Shown: positions 50,722-64,000 of the stretch, in pieces | Numbering within the stretch: position 1 is the stretch's first letter | Layout of the letters: every line of letters starts with the position of its first letter | The notes under the pieces: model-generated | What the model was told of the DNA's origin: nothing | Databases searched by the model: none | Seen by the model: the letters and a program-made list of their open reading frames with translations, nothing else | Translations under genes and position numbers: made by a program | Source of the DNA: Octopus vulgaris | Taxonomy: Eukaryota | Reading direction: 5' to 3' | NCBI GenBank assembly: GCA_951406725.2 | Contig: OX597820.1 | Coordinates: forward strand, 116,932,001 to 116,996,000 | DNA: 64,000 nt

Positions 50722-51295
50722 AGGACATTTTGTGCATACATAATTTAGTTACGTTCCAAGCAGTCTGTGAATCACTATTGACTTTTATTTGACTTTTCCC
50801 GCTGAGGTCTATTACGTTCCTTTGATATTGTTCAATTACCCGAACAGAGCCAGATTTATGTCTCAACAATCACTTTCACACACTTTGAATGATTCATCGA
50901 TAACAGTGTCGTTTGAATTAAGAGAAATTTAATGGAGTCAGTCAAATGTAGGATTCAATGAAATCAAAAAAGAAATATAGTGATTGTCCCTTACAAGATT
51001 AAAAAATTATTATTTTCTTTTTTGTCATAAATTTTATCCACAATGATGATCTGTTTATTAAAGAACATTATTGCACAATTGAAAATAAGATAAAAATATA
51101 CTGGAATCCGAACTTCAGTAGTCTAAGTTATTGACACCTGTTTGACATCAGCTTCAGTGAAGTGCTGACGACTGTCACACATTGTAACTCATCAGTTATA
51201 GACTTTCCAAAATCATTTTATTCGTTCAAAAGTAATAAATATGAAAGAATATGAGAATGAATATAAAACTTGGAGAAATGATTTTACTGATATAT
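50722..51295 (-). other. Candidate 5'UTR exon ending in a start codon (ATG TCC T|gtaagt; coding part 50722-50728)
   Basis: Long polypyrimidine acceptor ...TCTCTCTCGTGTGCTTCTTTCTACAG, GTAAGT donor, CACAAA-ATG context; lies in a repeat-poor island. Confidence 0.4.
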
Positions 51296-54200
51296 CTGTA
51301 GAAAGAAGCACACGAGAGAGACAAAAAAAAACAAAGAAAAAAGTAAATACCTTGCTGTGTTAAAAAAAAAAAAAAACTATCTCACAGTGATAGTTTTGTT
51401 TGTTTGTTTCTTTCTTTTTTTGATGGGGGTGGGGGCTTTTTTTGTAGTTGAAATCTTCAATAATAAAAGTACTTTCAAAACCATGCTTTGATAAATATAT
51501 ATATATATATATAAAACAATACTGGGAGGATAAGAAACGGAACGAAGCGAAGAATCGAACATATATATATATATATATATATAGATACTAAAATTGGAAT
51601 TTTTAAGAATTTTCTAGATGGTATACATTTTAACATTTGCTTTGTTTTAGAAAAAGTTACATACTCCCAACTAACTGATCAGCTTTCTTCATTGTCGTAG
51701 AGATTGATGTCAAATTAATGTCCAGTTTTATGCTATATTTTGTTGACTCTTTAAGGGAAATAATCTTATTAAGTGACCAATCAATTTTACATATTTGAAA
51801 CTAAATGGGTTGCTTGAAAGATTATACAAATAACCAAATTATTTAGTATAGATTTAAGTGAAACTGACTGCATTCATATTTCTGTTTCACCAAAGATTGA
51901 ATCTTTGGACTGTTTTGTGCAATATTTATGGCAAATACACAACGTTAACTCTCAAGAGACTTCCTTTAACAGAAGTTTGGTCTTTTAAGGTAAAACAATT
52001 TACTTATATTAAAATATGATTACTTTGCTACAGAGGTGTTAACCATCTTAACCATTCCAAATGGAATAACCAAACAAATTAGGAGCCAGCAAAGCAGCTG
52101 CTAAAAATATCAATAATTAATTTGAAAGTTTTAGAGAAGAACAAGACATTTACATATTTTCTCAAAACTAAAGATGAACAACTTGAAATCCACTTCAAAT
52201 CAAACCAACTAAGTAGTTAACTTCTTTGGAATAAACTGTTGAAGTTTAGTTGTTTCACAGGAGGATATTTCCTGCTGAGAAACTTGCATCCCTTTTGTTT
52301 CAAATTACAGGTTTTCCATATTATGAGCAAAGAAAACCAGGGCTGGAATGAAACTTTATATTCTCCCCGTTCTGAATACTCCAACATATGCTTCGCGGCT
52401 GCACAATATGGAAAATGTTAAAAATTATGAAGTTTATAAAAGTTAAAGAAAGATTGTAGAGCAAGCACATTTGCTTTGTAAGACTACAATTCCAGCTGCA
52501 ACTACATTGAGTAATTTCCTTCCCAGGAAATTATAGATTGAATAAGTTAAGAAAAAATTGCTGAAGTCATTAAGAAGTTTAGTGTTTAAATCTTCTGACT
52601 AAGTCTTTATAATTGAAATGTCAGATGAAATCTTCATTACTGCCATCGATTGTGGTTTTAACAGGTTTTCCTAATCTGAAATAATTTAGAGGGCCTTGGG
52701 CTCAACTTTTGCACAATCTCTACCAATCCAGTTCTTAATCAGTTTATATGATACCTTAAAAGGCCAATGGTGGATGGCAGCAACAAATTACTGAAGAATT
52801 ATCAGCCCTACGAAAGAAAATCTAAACTGGTGGTGAAATTAAAAACAAAATCACTGCTGGCACTGCTGCCTGTAACAGATTTAGGGTAATCAAAATAACA
52901 GGTTACAACAACACTTTTGAACCTAATCAAAAAGTGAAACTCCAGTTTATTTTTAGATAATTAAATAAACTTCCTGTTTGTAAGAGTTGCTAAGAGCAAA
53001 CTATGAAGTTGTTAAAGTATCCAACCTGCACTTAATCTCAATAAAACTGTATCATCTCTTCCTCCACTCTGTTTATAAGCATAGAGCACTGATTATTAGT
53101 AATTATCTCTTAATTGAGACAATTATCATTAACAAATGAGGAAATAACTATTTTCATGAGTCTGTTTATCTAAATGAGAGCACATCAAATCTATTTGCTT
53201 GCTATTTTGGCACAAAACAGTCTCACACAAACCAATTTGAACTGAACCCGGATTGTAGGGGCACAGTGCGACAGCCCGTCTGTGGGGGACACACTGACGG
53301 GCAATATGTGCATCATCTTAGTCTAGTGATTCCCCAAACCTAGATTCACAATACTGTAATCATCCATTTAGGGCGGTTATAAAATTATTTAGGTTATGAC
53401 AGCAAGAGATGCATTCCTAACTATGCCAACAATGCGAAATATGTTATGCAATAATTGATCCCAAAAAAGATTGAAAAAAAAAGGGTATCACTTATGTATG
53501 AAGTCACCGTAATTGAGGATTTGAAAGAAGCCCCATAGAACAATACAAAACGAGAGGGGTGGGGTGATTGAAAACACTATTGTATATAATGAAAATCCAC
53601 ATAATTAGAAACCTCAATGGTGGTCTATGGCCGTTAACTAGAAACTAGAGAAGCCATAATGGCTTAGCTCGAAGACAAGAAACATTTAATTCTTCAATAT
53701 TTGTTAACAGTTAACAGAATGTTTTCATCTTTTTTCATCTTTTTAAAAAAAATTTTTTTTTTATTTTCAGTTGAAAATAACCTATTTATGAATATCAGAA
53801 AAAGAATAATTTCTGAATCATCAATTTGAGATTAGGGCCACTCCAGTAAGGGAGTTTCTAACTCTCCCTTACATCATGATAGAAAAAGAAAAAAAATGCA
53901 CATTCCACAATACAGTCTTAGATAGAATAAAATGTTGGGATGGTCACAGTTGGAGCCCTTTTTTTTTTCAGTTACAAGCTGGTTGGGGTTTAACAACTAC
54001 TACCTATTGATGAACAAATAAAAGAATGTGTAGGCAGTTGTTCAACCTGCTAAAAATAGTAGGCAAATCACCCTCAAATCACACCCTACTTTTTTGGTCT
54101 TTGGTAACGCTGTCTGGGAAATATGTGTGTGGGTGCATGAGATGGTAACAGGAGGAACGTCTTTGATGAAAGCACACATGATCAGGGATGACCCAGTGGT

Positions 54201-55564
54201 AGAAATGAGTGTGTCATCCTCCTCAACAACAACAACAACAACAACAACCTACTGGATCAAAGGGATACTCAATGACATATTCAACTCCCTCCTAACAAAA
54301 TTGAAAACTGACAAGCATCATGGCGAAGCCCATTTAACACATGAATAAAATCAGTAATATTCCTCAAATTATTTTTACAATCTAATTAAACTAATTAACT
54401 AATCCACACCAGATACACTACTATCATTTGTCTATTCTGCAGAATGGAAAACCTTGTCTTCTTCTTCAACAGATTTGTTTTGTTTTTGTTTTAAGCCAAG
54501 TGAATCAGATTTTATTTTTAATTTTAATCTGCTGCAGATTCCCATCCAGGTTTTGCAAAATGATCCAATAAAAACCAAGCATTCCCTGTAACAGATACTA
54601 TCGACTACTAACAGAGGTTAAATTTAATCTCTTTTTAGTACTAGCATAGCAATTTCATATATGCAAGGAAGCGGCAGGACATTCCTGCCAGACCAAGCTT
54701 AGTCTGCTAAAAGTTGATTGCTACTTTATGATACATATTTGCAGCCATGACTGTATTCCTGATGGTTGACAGACCATTTCCAATTTGACATGTTTGACTA
54801 TCCTGTCAATATCACTTATAGAATTACAGTGATTGCAAAAGGAATTAATTTTCACGGTTGTTAAATTTTCAGTTTAGAGCAGACATCAGATGGGTGCAAT
54901 TTACATTTGAAAGTATACAACATATTCTGACAGTGTTAAATAGCTTGTATTTATTAATTAAAAAAACTGAAATAAAATTTTTATTCAAATCAATGTAACT
55001 TCATCGCCATCCTCCTCATATTGCAAGTTTTTCCATGCTGTCATGGATTGGATGGGCTGTCACAATCCATATTATCATGCATCACACAGTAAAAGCACAA
55101 CAGAAGCAACATTGGTGCGGCCTGTGTCAAGCTACCGACACTAAAGAGAGGAGTGCCTAATGTAAGGACTATTCTTGTTACCCTTCATCAATTCTTGCTT
55201 GGAAACACTGTCCTAGAATGGTAGTTTGCAAGACAACTTTCAGAATCTACATAACATTTAATTTTAAAAATTAAGAAATATTTTTCATTTTAGATGAAAA
55301 AAAAATTATATTTTTTCTTTTGTTGGATGGTCTTAAGAAAGAAAAATTTATATAATTTAATAATCAAAAAAATAAAGATAGAATTTAATTAAGTGAATAA
55401 CAACTTAAAGCAAATAAAATCAAAAACCATCTTGTTTCAAAATTTTTTATGAACATCATTCTCCTTTCATATTTTAAACCTCTCATCACTTGGCATCAAA
55501 GCGTCCTCCCTCAATACTGCATTCCTTTGGTTCTTGTCTTGTGAGTTACTTGATGACCTCACTA

Positions 55565-55915
55565 GTGCTAGTTGCATATCAAAAGCATCTACTACACCAG
55601 TGGTTCCCAACCTGTGGTCTGCAGACCACCAGGGGTCCACAAAGGCAGTACTGGGCAGAGGTGGGGTCTGTAAACATGTTAAGCTGACAGACCTTTCAAT
55701 ATCCTGAGGTCCATGAGAAAACTCATTTTAATAAAAAGGGGTCCTTGGCAGGGAAAAGGTTGGGAACCACTACACTGCACTCTGTGGTATGGTTGGCATT
55801 AAGAAGGGCATCCAATCATAGGACCAATACCATGATGCTCGTTTCCATCATCTGGCTCACTAACTCCTGATAAACTGTCCAACCCATGGAAAATAGGTGT
55901 TAAACAATGATGATG
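55565..55915 (+). mobile_element. Old family C copy interrupted by a hAT MITE
   Basis: AAAAGCATCTACTACAC | MITE | CACTGCACTCTGTGGTATGGTTGGCATTAAGAAGGGCATCC...(GAT)n. Confidence 0.7.
55598..55772 (+). mobile_element. hAT (Charlie-like) MITE, 175 bp
   Basis: TIRs CAGTGGTTCCCAACCT / AGGTTGGGAACCACTA; degenerate 8-bp TSD TACTACAC/CACTGCAC. Confidence 0.85.
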
Positions 55916-55963
55916 ACAAAGAGAGTGGACTGGTGCACTCATTAAAGTAACTGATAAAATACC

Positions 55964-56199
55964 TGTTTCTTTATTACCCACAAGGGGCCAAACATAGAGG
56001 GGACAGACAAGGACAGACAAATGGATTAAGTCGATTATATCAACTCCAGTGCGTAACTGGTACTTATTTAAATCGACCCCGAAAGGATGAAAGGCAAAGT
56101 CGACCTTGGCGGAATTTGAACTCAGAACGTAACGGCAGACGAAATACTGCTAAGGACTTCGCCCGGTGTGCCAATGTTTCTGCCAGCTCGCAGCCTTGC
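55964..56199 (-). mobile_element. SINE family B with TSD AACTGATAAAATACC
   Basis: TSD at 55949-55963 and 56200-56214. Confidence 0.92.
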
Positions 56200-57404
56200 A
56201 ACTGATAAAATACCTTACAGTACTACATATCTTTACATTCAGGGTTCAAATCTCACAAGAACTGACTATGACTTTCATTCATCTGAGTGGTGGAGGAGAT
56301 TGCTAGAATAAATAACAGGACTGAGATTAATTTAATCAACCATGCCCTTCTCCAAAATTCCAGGCTTCTAGTACTTATATTCTATATGGCATAATGGTAA
56401 ATTTCTATGAAATGAAATAGTATGCATTTGGCATGCAAATCTTATAATCCGGTTTTGATTCTCAGCTGCAAGTCATATCTTATATTCGCCATCTGCTGGA
56501 ATGGTGTGAACATCACACCATCTCACTTTCCTCCTGACACATATTGGAGAAATCTTGTATGTATGTCAGAAATCAATATTTTCTATGACAGCAAAATTGA
56601 CTAATCAATAGCTTACAAATATTTACTTCACTTTTATTTATTTATGTATATTTATACATATGTGTATGTAGGTAGATAAATTATAGGTTTCTAAAAAAAT
56701 TAACATATCTGTGTCGTCTTTAAAACAAAAAAAAAAAATGAAATTTTGAGTATAAATAAAATATAAAACTATGTGTATTTAAAATTTTACTTTTCTAACC
56801 CATTTCAAGTGAATCTGATAAATTTAAACAGAAAACATTTTATGAGGGAAGGGAGAGGTGGTAGGGAAATGACAAGAGTGAGAGAGGAAAAAGAGAGGGA
56901 GGTTATGAGAGAGAAAGAACGAAAGGGTGATAAAGGCAGGAGAAAGAGGAAGAGAAGCAAAACGTAGAGGGAGGAGGTGAGAGACAGAGAGAATAAGGAG
57001 GTGAGAGACAGAGAGAATAAGGAGGTGGGAAGAGTGGGTTTGGGGGTTTTGTAAAGAAAATCTCTTTGAGCAATGTTTTTTTTTGTTTGGTTTTGTGCAA
57101 AAAGTCATTAAATATGTGAAACGCCAAAAGGAAATAAAACCTCGAAATTTGTCATCTTCAAAAAATGTTTTTACAGTACTTTTACAGTAATCAAAACTAG
57201 ACAAACCAATTGGAATTTTTACAATTAAGAAATAGCTGAAACAATGCAGGATATTTTTACTGTTGAAAAAAGAAAGAAAAAAAACCCCATTTCTTTCGCT
57301 CTGTTCAAAGTTGTATCCTCAAGAAGAGTTCTATTTCACACAGAAAAGGTAACAAAACACATCCATTTTACACTGTTACCATTGCAGATGCACTTTTGGT
57401 TTAG

Positions 57405-57902
57405 GGCAGGCTTGATTGTGTGGGTAAAACACTTGCTTCCCAACTATGTAGACATGGGTTCAATCCCACAGTATGGCATCTTGGGCTGTCTAAAGCCTTG
57501 TGAGTGGATCTTGAGGATGGAAACTGAAAGAAGCTCATCAGATTCTTTTATTATTTGCTTCAGTCATTCGACTATGGCCATGCTGGAGCACCGCCTTTAG
57601 TCGAGCAACTCAACCCCGGGACTTATTCTTTGTAAGCCCAGTACTTATTCTATCGGTCTCTTTTGCCGAACCGCTAAGTGGCGGGGACATAAACACACCA
57701 GCATCGGTTGTCAAGCAATGCTAGGGGGACAAACACAGACACACAAACACACACACACACATCTATATATGTACAATGGGCTTCTTTCAGCTTCCGTCTA
57801 CCAAATCCACTCACAAGGCTTTGGTTGGCCTGGGGCTATAGTAAAAGACACTTGCCCAAGGTGCCATGCAGTGGGACTGAACCCGGAACCATGTGGTTGG
57901 TG
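57405..57902. mobile_element. Family A-like head (+, 57405-57540) abutting a younger family A copy (-, 57543-57902)
   Basis: Opposite-orientation family A motifs; the RTE-type tail of the older element resumes at ~57920-58090. Confidence 0.8.
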
Positions 57903-58209
57903 AGACAGCTGTACCACTCCTGGTTTATGTGTCTTTGCACTGTGAGACATTGTGTGATTGTTGCAAATGAATGTCATTCCCAATATTTGGCAGAAATGTT
58001 TCTAGGTAGGAGGAAATATTACTTTGCTTCGAAAACCGGTCAAATTTGGCAACAGGAAGGGCATCTGACCATAGAAAATCGGTCTCAATGAACTCAAACT
58101 CCTCACTTAAACCCTATCAATCTTGGAGGCCCCCCCATAAAGTACTACATTTCCACTTCTGGCTAAACAATGCAAACATCTTTCCCAGATTAAATTGTAT
58201 CACCTTTAA

Positions 58210-58428
58210 CCCTTTAGTATTTAAACCGGCCATATCCGGCCAAAATAGCTAATCTGTTTTATGTTCAAACTGACCAGATCCAGGCTCTCACACCTACCCC
58301 ACAATGTTATTCTACATTAAGTAATTACACCATCAAGATCTTGAAGATATGAGATAATGCATGATTAATTCAAATCAATGGGAATCAATAAGCATTATGT
58401 TTGATAGGATAATCTGAACACTAAAGGG
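58210..58428 (+). mobile_element. piggyBac-type MITE
   Basis: TTAA|CCCTTTAG...CTAAAGGG|TTAA. Confidence 0.9.
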
Positions 58429-59761
58429 TTAAAAAGGAAGGACACTCTAAGAAAGATATTGAAGATTGGATAATCACTACCAGGCTGCCTTTGATGAGGA
58501 CTGTACAGGTCTAAAGAAACTTTGACCTTTCTCAATGAATAAAAATTAAAAAGAGAATGCCTTAACAACAACAAAGTGAAATCATTAGAAAACACCCAAC
58601 TCCAGTGAACTAAATCAATGAAGTCATACGTTTTCTGAGGAGTCTCAGTTAACTGCTGCTGCAGGTGAAGTAGCATTTGTTGCCCAGGCTGAGCTTTGAG
58701 CAGCCAAGGGAAGGTGGTGGTGGTGGGGGGGGGGTAGATAAAACTTCCATACTAATAATTGAGTTTACTTAGAATAATATGATATCAGGAAGTGATATCA
58801 TATTATTTCCTGAGCACAGGTGGAGAAGTGGAAAACAGAAAAGGAAATGGAGAGAAAAAAAAGACAAAAAAAAACTGAGGCTGGAATTAGTTAAAAAAAA
58901 ATAAGCACGATAACATAAGTTTACTAATAGCAGTAAACTTGTTAGCTATCTTCAACATCAATTTCCTCAAGAGTTGTTAGTTGTCTAATAGGTGAGAAAT
59001 ATAGACATTCACTGACAGTTACAAAGTGATCAGAGAAGATATATGTATGAGAAAAAAGAGAGGCTGACAGAGTGTGTGTATGTGAGAGAGAGAGAAAGGG
59101 AGAAAGAAAGCATGTGCGAGAGAAAAAGAAAGAGGGAGAGGGAATGAGTGTGTGAGAGAGAGAAGGAAAAAAAGTGGTTCGTGGAATCTCACTTTCAGTG
59201 TAAATGACAAGAATGGAAAAGATTTGACGAATTAAATTCCAAAATCAATACAGACACTTTCAGAAAGATCGAATATATTGAATGATACACGATTTTTAAA
59301 CATTCTATCATTGTAGTAATATTATTGTAATAATTTCAAGAGATGAATTTCAGGAGTGAAGAAAGAATAAAAAAAAAAAAAAAAAGGAATTAAGAGAGAT
59401 TTTGACAGTTTTAATTTTATAAAATCAAATATTTTCAAGTAGGAATGACAAAAAAGAAAAAAATCTATATTTTACAAATCTATAAGATATTCAGTGAAAT
59501 GAATTTTAAAAAGAGAAAATAAAATGCTAAATGCTTCGATAACCACATTAAGGTCTTCTGGTTGTGAATAATCAAGAGTTAATGGCCAGCTTCATGTTAG
59601 GAATCCAGTTTTATTAGCATGAATTAACTGAATTTTCATGGCAGATCGAAATTATGTCAATTTAAAAGCTAAATATGTTACAAGAAGGTAGAATGGTTCA
59701 CTATAGATGTCCACTATCAGGCAGGTGTTCTCAAGCCAAGGTAGATATACTTCAAGGGATA

Positions 59762-60280
59762 ACTGGTAGTCCCTTAGTTATAACAATAAGGGTTCCAGTT
59801 GACCCAGTCATGTGGAACAGGGTGCTTGTGAAATTAATACTACACACAGAGAGGACAAACAAGGATGGACAAATGGATTAAGTCAATTATATCGACCCCA
59901 GTGCGTAACTGGTACTTATTTAATCGACCCCGAAAGGATGAAAGGCAAAGTCAACCTCAGCAGAATTTGAACTCGGAACGTAACAGCAGACAAAATACCA
60001 CTAAGTATTTCGCCTGGCGTTGCTAACGTTTCTGCCAGCTCGCCACACACATACACATACCTTTAACGTATTTCTCAGGGAGGTTCAGGGTTACACTGAA
60101 CGTGACAAGACTGGCCCTCAGAATTACAGGTACAACTCATTTTTGCCAGCTGAGTGGACTGGAGTAATAAAGTGAAATAAAGTGTCTTGCTCAAGGACAC
60201 AACACGCCACCAGGAATTGAACTCTCAACCTTATGATCATGAGCCGAATACCCCTTACCACTAAGTTACACACTTTCACA
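59762..60280 (-). mobile_element. CORE-like tRNA SINE interrupted by a family B SINE (59843-60044)
   Basis: Minus-strand head with GAGTTCAATTCC and GTGTCCTTGAGCAAGACACTT; probable tail continues left of the nested family B copy. Confidence 0.7.
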
Positions 60281-60439
60281 TCTCCGTCCCTAGGGATACA
60301 CAAGAGAAATTGAAGTACAAGAGGGTTGTAGAGACACTAGAAATTAAAAGTAATCAGAACCACTAAATGCAACCAATGGATGTCTTGTAAACTTGATATT
60401 CTGAAGGAAATGCCAAAGTCAGTTTTAATAATATACATT

Positions 60440-60875
60440 AGGCGCAGGAGCGGCTGTGTGGTAAGAAGCTGGCTTCCCAACAACATGGTTTGGGGTTCAG
60501 TCCCACCGAGTGGCACCTTGAGCAAGTGTCTTCTACTATAGCCTCGGGCCGACCAAAGCCTTGTGAGTGGATTTGGTAGACGGAAATTGAAAGAAGCCCG
60601 TCGTATATATGTGTATATATATATGTGTGTGTGTGTGTGCGCGTGCATGTGTATATTTGTGTGTGTGTGTTTGTCTCCACCACCACCACCACCACCACTT
60701 GACAACCGATGTTGGTGTGTTCACGTCCCTGTAACTTAGCGGTTCAGCAAAAGAGACTGATAGAATAAGTACTGGGCTTACAAAGAATAAGTTGTGGGGT
60801 CGATTAGTTCAACTAAAGGCGGTGCTCCAGCATGGCCGCAGTCAAATGACTGAAACAAGTAAAAGAATAAAAGAA
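60440..60875 (+). mobile_element. SINE family A, full length
   Basis: Near-consensus copy. Confidence 0.92.
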
Positions 60876-61312
60876 TTATAATCCAGTTTGATTGTGCACT
60901 CACCTCACACTATTTGAGTATAGCACCATATTGTGCAGAGCTTTGCTCTTTGAACTAATTGTGTGAACACACCTTCTTATCTGCCTCAACCTATCCGATA
61001 ATACTTTCACGTGTCGCCATATTATCTCTAGATGGACTTATTTGAATTATTGTGCCTACTGACAATAATCAACAAAATGAGTCTATCTGGCACTTGCATG
61101 TCACCTATAAGGTTAGCATGAGAATTGCAACAACAAAAAAACAAAAAAAAACAAAAAAACAAAGAAAGAAACTTCCAACAATTGATGAAGCTTTGAGGTT
61201 GCCCTGTTAGAAAGATATTACTGATTGCAAGTTGGGTGAAAATGTAACAGAGAAACTGAGTACTCTGCCAGTGTCAAATGGTACCATTCCTGGAAAGACG
61301 CCCAATATGTCA

Positions 61313-61697
61313 GATCATCATCATCATCACCGTCGTTTAACGTCCGCTTTCCATGTTGGCATGGGTTTGACTGAAGACTGGTAAGCCAGGAGGCTGCACC
61401 AGCCTCAATCTGATCTGGCAAAGTTTCTACAGCTGGATGACCTTCCTAATGCCAACCACTCCAAGAGTGTAGTGGGTGCTTTTACATGCCACCGGCATGA
61501 GGGCCGGTCAGGCTGTACTGGCAACGACCACGCTCAAAAGGTGTTTTTTAAGTGCTACCTGCATGGGAGCCAGTCCAGTGGCACTGGCAATGCCCACACT
61601 CAAATGTTGTTTTTCACGTGCCACTGGCACATGTGCCAGCAAGGCGGCATTGGCAACAATCATGCTCAAATGGCACTTTTTATGTGCCACTGGCACA
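61313..61697 (-). mobile_element. Family C copy with four internal motif modules
   Basis: Same architecture as 22520-22895. Confidence 0.85.
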
Positions 61698-62053
61698 AGA
61701 GGCATATAATATACAAAATAAAGTTAATTTCAGAAATCAAAAATGCTCCACTAGATATCTCTACTATCCAGTTCGACAAAGACTGCAGACATACCATTTG
61801 ATACCCAGCTTCTTGTATACACAAGATAAATAAAGCATTTTGGTTTTATATGATTCCTATTTTGTCAACTCTTGGAAAGCAAAATGAAGGAAGGCATACG
61901 AAGTTGGAATTGGCTTTAAAAAAAAAAATCATTTTGGGAAAACCATAGCACAAGTGATGGAATTCCAGCAATGCTGGGTTATAGATCTAGTTTCTTAGCA
62001 AGAGTGTCAAATGCCAAAGTAAATGCCCTGTATGATCTATAAGATTATGTACA

Positions 62054-62600
62054 GAGATTCTGCCTCCAGCTCTCAATCCATTTTGGATGTTGCAGGCATC
62101 TAGTGTCCTCTGAAAACAAGGATATGCGTTTGCTGTATCAAGAATTAAATGCTAAAATAGAAGGTACTTTTGTTTCACACAGACATGAGAAGGCTTTCGG
62201 GAGGTAATATGGCAGCTCAAGTTGCAATGATGAAAGACAAGCTGGAAGAATTCTTTCTGAGACATCAAAAGGATAAATCAATCAAGTTGGCAAATTTTCT
62301 GATAAAAATACTGGAGGAACTAAACCCTTTTTGAACCGTCTTCTCTAATATGAAGCTCCATGGTTAAATTTTAGTCATCTGTGTGTTGAAAGTGAGGGGA
62401 GGGCCTTGTGAAGGATGAGGATAAAATACAAACTTGACTAAGATGGGATCTAAATTCTTTAAATTAATAACAAATGATACATGTTCATTATCTGCTCTAT
62501 GGTATCCAATCATTTGGTACCATATTCTTTAAAAGGAATGTGTTGGCATTGCCAGACATGATGAAGGGGTACACCAAAATAAAAAGCTTGAAAACCTTGT
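62054..62600 (+). mobile_element. hAT Charlie/Buster-type transposase fossil with probable 3' terminus
   Basis: Frameshifted ILPPAL-SILDVA...PLKTRI-RLLYQELNAK-KVLLFHTDMRRLSGGNM...KDKLEEFF matches the LLFHTEVRWLSRG motif; AGGGGTAC...AAAAAGCTTGAAAACC near 62564-62600 resembles a Charlie end. Confidence 0.75.
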
Positions 62601-63562
62601 CATAAACTAAATTTCTAAGAGACTAAAAAACTCTTTTTTTTCTTTTTTCTACAGTACTATACACTGTACTGTACACACTACACTTAAGACTAGTGGCATA
62701 GTCAACATTCTAGTTAGAGATACATTAGACTACACAACACAATCCATCTGGCAGCTACAATTTGGACAGCACTGCACAATATTTGGTAGCTTTAGTCTGG
62801 ACCACACTGAACAACTTATCTGGTGGTAGCCTATGGCGATCACTATTTACATCTTAAAACACTGATAGAATTTTATAACACAAAATCTATAAATGTTAAA
62901 TTAAAGCCATCAAATGAAAATAAACAAATAGATAAATAAATAAATAGAAAGATATCCCAGACTCTACTCAATGCAGTAACTAATGAGCAAGGAATATTTG
63001 AGACTTGCCTGATCAGACCTTACCCAGGGCTACACACCAACAACAACCGAGAGATCTATAAACAGTTCAATATTAAGAAATTCCATAAATCTAACATACC
63101 AACAGTTTGTAACATCACTAATTAATTAGAATAAGAACATCTAACCTGTACTTGGAAGCAAATCGTAAATTGATTAAATTCAATATAGAATGTTGTTTTC
63201 TGTGGTTCTTTTGAGTTGTACAAAGTAATACATATTACCTCTCATGCCGTTTCCACAGACGTAACACAGAAGCATGAAAATTTCCATCAAATAAATAGAT
63301 GTAGCATGAGGCAGAGGCAAGTGTATGTCTCTAACAATATTACTAAGTTTATTGTAGATAAACAATAGGTTCACATCTTAAAACTCTTCTATACACCTCC
63401 TCCCACACACACATACACACACACACATGGCTATACACTTTCTTGTAAACATGCACATACACACACGTGTGTGTGTGTGTGTGTGTGTGTGTCCATATAG
63501 GAGGCCAAGAGACAGAACAATATAAAAATGAAATATATACTTCAAGAGATGTTTACAAGTTC

Positions 63563-63563
63563 T

Positions 63564-63609
<46 letters not shown>

Positions 63610-63716
63610 CAATAATGATAACAATAATGATAACAATGATAATAATAATGATGATAATAATAATAATAATAATGATAATAATAATAATAATGATGATGAT
63701 AATAATAATAATAATG

Positions 63717-63750
<34 letters not shown>

Positions 63751-63767
63751 TAATAATAATAATAATG

Positions 63768-63804
<37 letters not shown>

Positions 63805-63872
63805 TAATAATAATAATAACAACAATAATAATAATGATAATGATGATGATGATAATAATAATAATAATAATA
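63563..63872. repeat. (AAT)/(GAT)/(AAC) trinucleotide array
   Basis: Direct inspection; explains the poly-N/poly-Y ORFs. Confidence 0.95.
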
Positions 63873-64000
63873 AATCATATTATCTCTGGCTGCCCAGTCC
63901 TGGTTAAGAAGGAATATATTCACAGACACGACAGAGTTGGGATCTATATACACTGGAAGCTATGCCAACATTATGAAATAACAACAGAGAAAAGATGGTA

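Noticed and set aside
58490-58525. Hammerhead-like TTGATGAGGAC...GTC
   Set aside because: No GAAA directly after stem II and no stem I pairing.
63378-63953. Poly-Y/H and poly-N ORFs
   Set aside because: Translations of an (AAT)n microsatellite.

Overview
Eukaryotic, AT-rich, microsatellite-dense DNA with no prokaryotic features. The SINE repertoire and (TA)/(CA)/(GA) load look like an octopus (coleoid cephalopod) genome; this is inferred from repeat families only. Almost every entry in the ORF track is an artefact of microsatellites or SINEs. The window reads as intronic DNA, possibly of a minus-strand gene: one well-formed 42-nt exon candidate (12475-12516) and a candidate 5'UTR/start exon (50722-51295) splice in frame to MSCVDSLYNTKSINLF. 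The rest is a nested mosaic of SINE-type families (working labels A-E), piggyBac and hAT MITEs, Helitron derivatives, and CR1, RTE and hAT-Charlie fossils. The most notable signal is three unrelated palindromic, TSD-flanked Penelope-like elements carrying minimal type I hammerhead ribozyme motifs. One family has a compensatory G3:C8 catalytic core in place of the canonical C3:G8. All alignments and folds were done by eye, and repeat boundaries are approximate unless TSDs/TIRs are quoted.
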